A stretch of 29,328 bases of DNA. Source: an uncultured Clostridia bacterium (GTDB lineage Bacteria; Bacillota; Clostridia; Oscillospirales; UMGS1783). Position 1 is the first letter of the stretch. Each line of letters begins with the position of its first letter. The translations under genes and the position numbers were made by a program. The notes beneath the pieces are model-generated. The model was given only the letters and a program-made list of their open reading frames with translations. It searched no databases and was not told the origin of the DNA. Location of the stretch: positions 1 through 29,328 of the forward strand of contig CALBKB010000068.1 in the NCBI GenBank assembly GCA_937892635.1. Direction: 5' to 3'. Shown piece by piece: positions 26,326 to 29,328 of this stretch.

Positions 26326-27102
26326 TCAACCACCATACTTGTACTTATACTTGTAGGATTTACGACGGTAATAAGCGTATCCATACCGCGTCCCTTCTTG
26401 ATGGAGATCGGGGATCTTGGCCAAAATAGGATACGGATAATTGACCAGCAAATATTCTTCATCATGGATACGGTCATCCAAAATAGCGATGACGGCCACC
26501 GTCAATGCCGACAGGAGAACACCGACGAGCATGCCGACGGCAGAATATTTGGTGATGCTCGGGGCGACCTTTTTGAGATTTACCACCGCCGAATCAACGA
26601 CTTCCATGGAACTGCCTTCAATGATCTCGGAAATGCGGCGCGGCAAAACCTCAGCTATGGCGTTGGCAATATCGGCGGCCTCATACGGATCGCCTGCCGT
26701 TACCTTAACACGCATGACTTCGGTATCGGCCACGGCACCGGCCTGGATCATGGATGAGAGCTGTGAATAGGTATAATTCACATTGGCCTTATCGGCGACG
26801 GCCTGCAACGTGGTGCGGTTATTGAGCAATACCACATAGGTTTTGACCAGGTCTTGCGCAGCATTGATCTGAGAAGCCGAAATGCTGAAATTGGCACCGC
26901 CGACCGAGACGCCGTTGTTAACATACAGCATGACCGACGCCGAGTATTGCGGTTCAATGACAAACGAGGCGCAAGAAAAGCCGACGACAGCGCCGATGAT
27001 ACCGACTAAAATGATAATCCACACCCGACGCCACAACATGGCGAACACATGGCGCAAATCTATAGATACATATTCATTTGCTTTGTTTTCCGTTCTTTCC
27101 AT
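26326..27102 (-). CDS. cpsC: CpsC/Wzz chain-length determinant (BY-kinase modulator)
   Basis: IDLRHVFAMLWRR, TM1, PQYSAS, P-motif before TM2, LDDRI and YPILAKIP. AGGAG RBS before ATG 27102. Confidence 0.9.
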   Translation of the reverse strand: MERTENKANEYVSIDLRHVFAMLWRRVWIIILVGIIGAVVGFSCASFVIEPQYSASVMLYVNNGVSVGGANFSISASQINAAQDLVKTYVVLLNNRTTLQAVADKANVNYTYSQLSSMIQAGAVADTEVMRVKVTAGDPYEAADIANAIAEVLPRRISEIIEGSSMEVVDSAVVNLKKVAPSITKYSAVGMLVGVLLSALTVAVIAILDDRIHDEEYLLVNYPYPILAKIPDLHQEGTRYGYAYYRRKSYKYKYKYGG

Positions 27103-27239
27103 AAACCCTTCTCCTATGCAGTAAACCCAGCAAGAGTATAATACACCCAAGCACAAAATTTTGGGGAAATCGGGTGCTTGGGCGTGTTGTTGGTGATCAT
27201 GTTTCAAATGTTGACACTACGGGCATATTACATAACGGT

Positions 27240-27268
27240 ATTATATCATTACTTTACAATAAATGCAA
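27240..27268 (-). promoter_or_regulatory. Sigma-A promoter of the cps/eps operon
   Basis: TTGCAT-17 bp-TATAAT with an extended TG. Confidence 0.75.
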
Positions 27269-27302
27269 CTACAATTATTTGGAATGTTGTCGAAAAATCA
27301 TG

Positions 27303-27337
27303 AAAAAATCCCACAGATTTATCCATCTGCGGGATTT
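27303..27337 (-). terminator. Terminator after the 115-aa membrane protein gene
   Basis: Minus strand AAATCCCGCAGAT-GGATAA-ATCTGTGGGATTT followed by TTT. Confidence 0.8.
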
Positions 27338-27352
27338 GTTATTTAAATATGC

Positions 27353-27700
27353 TCAATGCCAGAACAGATAGCCCAGTCCCATCAGAATATAGAGCGGGCC
27401 AAAGCAATAGACCATGAACATTTCAGTGTGCGGGACCTTGGTCTGAAAACAGTCGGTAACGGCCAGACATTCAAAGATATAGGCCAAGGCGCCGGAAAAA
27501 TATCCGACACTTTTCAATATCGTATAGGCGTTATGCCAAAAAAATGCCGTCAGGAACATCAGCACGGCCACGCCTACGAACAAATTGCGCAAGATGAGTA
27601 AAACGTAGTCGACTTTCGGATGCAGGCCATGGGTCAATTCTTCTTTGTCGGGGATGGTGGCGTCTACTGTGTGTTTAATCTCTTCAAGCAGATGAGTCAT
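27353..27700 (-). CDS. Hypothetical small membrane protein (about 3 TM)
   Basis: GAGGAGAGG RBS, its own promoter and terminator, three hydrophobic segments. Confidence 0.75.
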   Translation of the reverse strand: MTHLLEEIKHTVDATIPDKEELTHGLHPKVDYVLLILRNLFVGVAVLMFLTAFFWHNAYTILKSVGYFSGALAYIFECLAVTDCFQTKVPHTEMFMVYCFGPLYILMGLGYLFWH

Positions 27701-27803
27701 ACATACCTCTCCTCTTTTTCTGCGGCATCGGATGGCCGTTATTGTTATCCAGCGCTACCGAGGATGACAATGACCCGGCCGTCACCCTCATGGAACTGAA
27801 TTT

Positions 27804-27832
27804 ATTATAGCATATGCAACACGCCTGCGCAA
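27804..27832 (-). promoter_or_regulatory. Sigma-A promoter for the 115-aa gene
   Basis: TTGCGC-17 bp-TATAAT with an extended TG. Confidence 0.65.
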
Positions 27833-27852
27833 GACTAAGCATAAAATGGAAA

Positions 27853-27990
27853 AAAGACACCCAATGGGAGTCTTTCTTGTTAGCGCCTTGACGATGCGCT
27901 CACGTACCGATAACAAGGAAGACCTGAAACCTTTTTCACGTGTTCACGCTCAGGATCCACGTAAAAGCAGTTTCTTGCCATCCTTTTTTT
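27853..27990. ncRNA. Candidate structured small RNA (strand uncertain)
   Basis: 13-bp stem GTCTTTCTTGTTA/TAACAAGGAAGAC and a second stem GAAAC..CACGTG/CACGT..GTTTC, with T-tracts at both ends. Confidence 0.35.
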
Positions 27991-27997
27991 CTTTACT

Positions 27998-28026
27998 CAC
28001 TTCTCCTCTTTCTTTCTCATAAGATG
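27998..28026 (+). promoter_or_regulatory. SigK/SigE-like sporulation promoter
   Basis: cACt-16 bp-CATAagaTg just upstream of the GGAGG RBS; no sigma-A promoter is evident. Confidence 0.45.
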
Positions 28027-28045
28027 AAGGGAGGAGGTGAGTTAA

Positions 28046-28459
28046 ATGACCATTTTCTGTAACGACAAAAAGCCGAGCTGTGTTAGTCTGGCGGTAATCG
28101 CCAGCGTGATTCTTGGCGTGATTGCAGCCCTTTTGCGGATCACAGCCGTGATCACCGTAACGCCGGCATTCCTGTGGGTGACACTAGGCATCGCCATTGT
28201 ATATTTGGCTATTTTGTTGGCCACCAGCGGAAGCGGCGGAACCGTTTCCTGCCGATGCGACTGCTCTGCCCTGACGGCAGTTCTGACCGGCATCCTCGGC
28301 ACTGCGCTTGTTTCGGTGATCTTGTTGGCAATCTCCTTTGTCGCAACTAGCATCATCGGCGCCATTTTGGTCGGGTTACTGGTTCTGTTTCTGTCGCTGA
28401 TCGTCACCGCCACCGCATGCCTGGTGACCCGTTGCTGCAATCAGCAAAACGACCGTTAA
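28046..28459 (+). CDS. Cys-rich four-helix membrane protein, possibly sporulation-associated
   Basis: GGAGGAGG RBS, four hydrophobic segments, and Cys at the N-terminus, in the loop (CRCDC) and at the C-terminus (CC). Confidence 0.75.
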   Translation: MTIFCNDKKPSCVSLAVIASVILGVIAALLRITAVITVTPAFLWVTLGIAIVYLAILLATSGSGGTVSCRCDCSALTAVLTGILGTALVSVILLAISFVATSIIGAILVGLLVLFLSLIVTATACLVTRCCNQQNDR

Positions 28460-28477
28460 CTCCGGACGTGCAAACAC

Positions 28478-28507
28478 AAACACCACCCCCATCCGGGTGG
28501 TGTTTTT
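28478..28507. terminator. Terminator between convergent genes
   Basis: AAACACCACCC-CCATCC-GGGTGGTGTTT followed by TT. Confidence 0.8.
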
Positions 28508-28509
28508 CA

Positions 28510-28698
28510 TTATTTCTTTTGATTGTACCACAGAATTGCCAAAGCCATAAAAACATATCCGACAACAGCCACAGCCAACCATCTGTAACAAATCGTTGGT
28601 AGCTCGCTATACATCAATATCATGCCGCTCCATGCCATGGCGCACCCAGCAAATAGCAGCAGTCCGCACAACATCCGCCAATTGAGTTTACTCTTCAT
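28510..28698 (-). CDS. Small two-TM hypothetical protein
   Basis: Two hydrophobic helices with basic ends; overlaps the upstream gene and stops at the terminator. Confidence 0.55.
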   Translation of the reverse strand: MKSKLNWRMLCGLLLFAGCAMAWSGMILMYSELPTICYRWLAVAVVGYVFMALAILWYNQKK

Positions 28699-28951
28699 TC
28701 GACTTTTGCTTGGAATCCACGATCAGGACGATCGGAGAAACTAGAATTGCATGAACAACAGCATGAAGAAATCCAACTACAAGTCCTATAATCGGCCAGC
28801 CCAGCACCGGCGCCTCCATATCCGTTAATGCTATTCCCGCATCAACAAAACCAAGGATACAACAGATAGCAAAATCGACCCAAAAAATAATGAGTGGCAA
28901 CTTCTTAAAAATATTGTAAAATGCAGGGTAATTCATAAAAAATTTGTTCAT
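28688..28951 (-). CDS. Small two-TM hypothetical protein
   Basis: AAGGAG RBS 7 nt before ATG 28951; two hydrophobic segments; AT-rich. Confidence 0.65.
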   Translation of the reverse strand: MNKFFMNYPAFYNIFKKLPLIIFWVDFAICCILGFVDAGIALTDMEAPVLGWPIIGLVVGFLHAVVHAILVSPIVLIVDSKQKSNEE

Positions 28952-28963
28952 AATCATTCTCCT

Positions 28964-29015
28964 TTATACCATATTGGGATATTTATATTATACCGATATG
29001 GGATAATAAAGTCAA
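28964..29015 (-). promoter_or_regulatory. Leftward promoter with two XRE operator-like sites
   Basis: TTGACT-17 bp-TATAAT (29015..28987). Repeats TATACC-N5-GGGATA at 28965-28981 and 28989-29005. Confidence 0.7.
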
Positions 29016-29026
29016 GAGGTGATTTT

Positions 29027-29233
29027 ATGAGATTAAAAGAAATACGTAAAACCAAGGGGATCTCCCAGTTAAAACTAGCCATGGATCTTCATATGAATCA
29101 AAATACAGTTAGCCGATATGAAACGGGTGAAAGAGAGCCGGGGATCAATGAACTGATTAAAATAGCTGATTATTTTAATGTGTCGGTGGATTATTTGATA
29201 GGCAGGACGGACAATCCTAATCTGCAAAAGTAA
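29027..29233 (+). CDS. XRE-family HTH transcriptional regulator
   Basis: RLKEIRKTKGISQLKLA...VSRYETGEREP...IADYFNVSVDYLIG; GAGG RBS. Confidence 0.93.
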   Translation: MRLKEIRKTKGISQLKLAMDLHMNQNTVSRYETGEREPGINELIKIADYFNVSVDYLIGRTDNPNLQK

Positions 29234-29300
29234 TATAGGCTCGGCCTACGTCCATCTGTAAGCGGCTTGTAGGTCGAAATGCTGCGCAAAAGGCCAACAA

Positions 29301-29326
29301 AAAAGACACCCGATTGGGTGTCTTTT
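29301..29326. terminator. Terminator hairpin of the repeated GACACCC family
   Basis: AAAAGACACCC-GATT-GGGTGTCTTTT. Confidence 0.75.
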
Positions 29327-29328
29327 CT

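Noticed and set aside
27720..27800. Resemblance to an HDV-like ribozyme (UCCUCG), or to fluoride or guanidine-III riboswitches
   Set aside because: The required P1/P3 pairings and conserved nucleotides could not be placed; kept only as a generic candidate structure.
27880..27900. AGCGCC...TTGACGA resemblance to the glmS ribozyme
   Set aside because: P1 and the downstream core are missing, and there is no glmS gene nearby.
27846..28022. 58-aa plus-strand ORF (MEKRHPMGV...)
   Set aside because: It has no RBS, its start overlaps the putative -10 box, and it reads through T-tracts.
1..29328. CRISPR array, transposase, integrase, reverse transcriptase or rRNA
   Set aside because: No regularly spaced repeats or corresponding protein or RNA motifs were seen.

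Overview
Chromosomal window from a Bacillota (Clostridia-like, probably spore-forming) bacterium, with sigma-A promoters and intrinsic terminators throughout. From left to right it holds: a partial coiled-coil gene; a membrane-anchored protein with a duplicated domain; ktrAB/trkAH; and a minus-strand sugar-catabolic locus (ROK regulator, FucI/AraA-like isomerase, GatZ/KbaZ-family protein, ROK kinase, GH2, a second ROK kinase broken by a short deletion, DeoC-like aldolase). Next come pncAB, a PrsA-like foldase, tRNA-Gln, mutY, tRNA-Ala, GtrA, a lipoprotein, a nitroreductase, an MnmM-like methyltransferase and DUF896. These are followed by an atypical cps/eps locus (cpsC-cpsD-cpsB, SPxTG-anchored protein, LCP, priming transferase, Wzy/ligase-like protein, catalytically degenerate tyrosine-phosphatase homologue) with no elongating glycosyltransferases. 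The right end has two structured non-coding segments, two SigK-like promoters and a small AT-rich XRE module with twin operators. The best candidates for new biology are the isomerase/kinase/GatZ sugar route, the LCP + SPxTG protein + pseudophosphatase envelope locus, and the structured RNAs at 27.7-28.0 kb. All assignments come from motif reading by eye; no database searches or folding programs were run.
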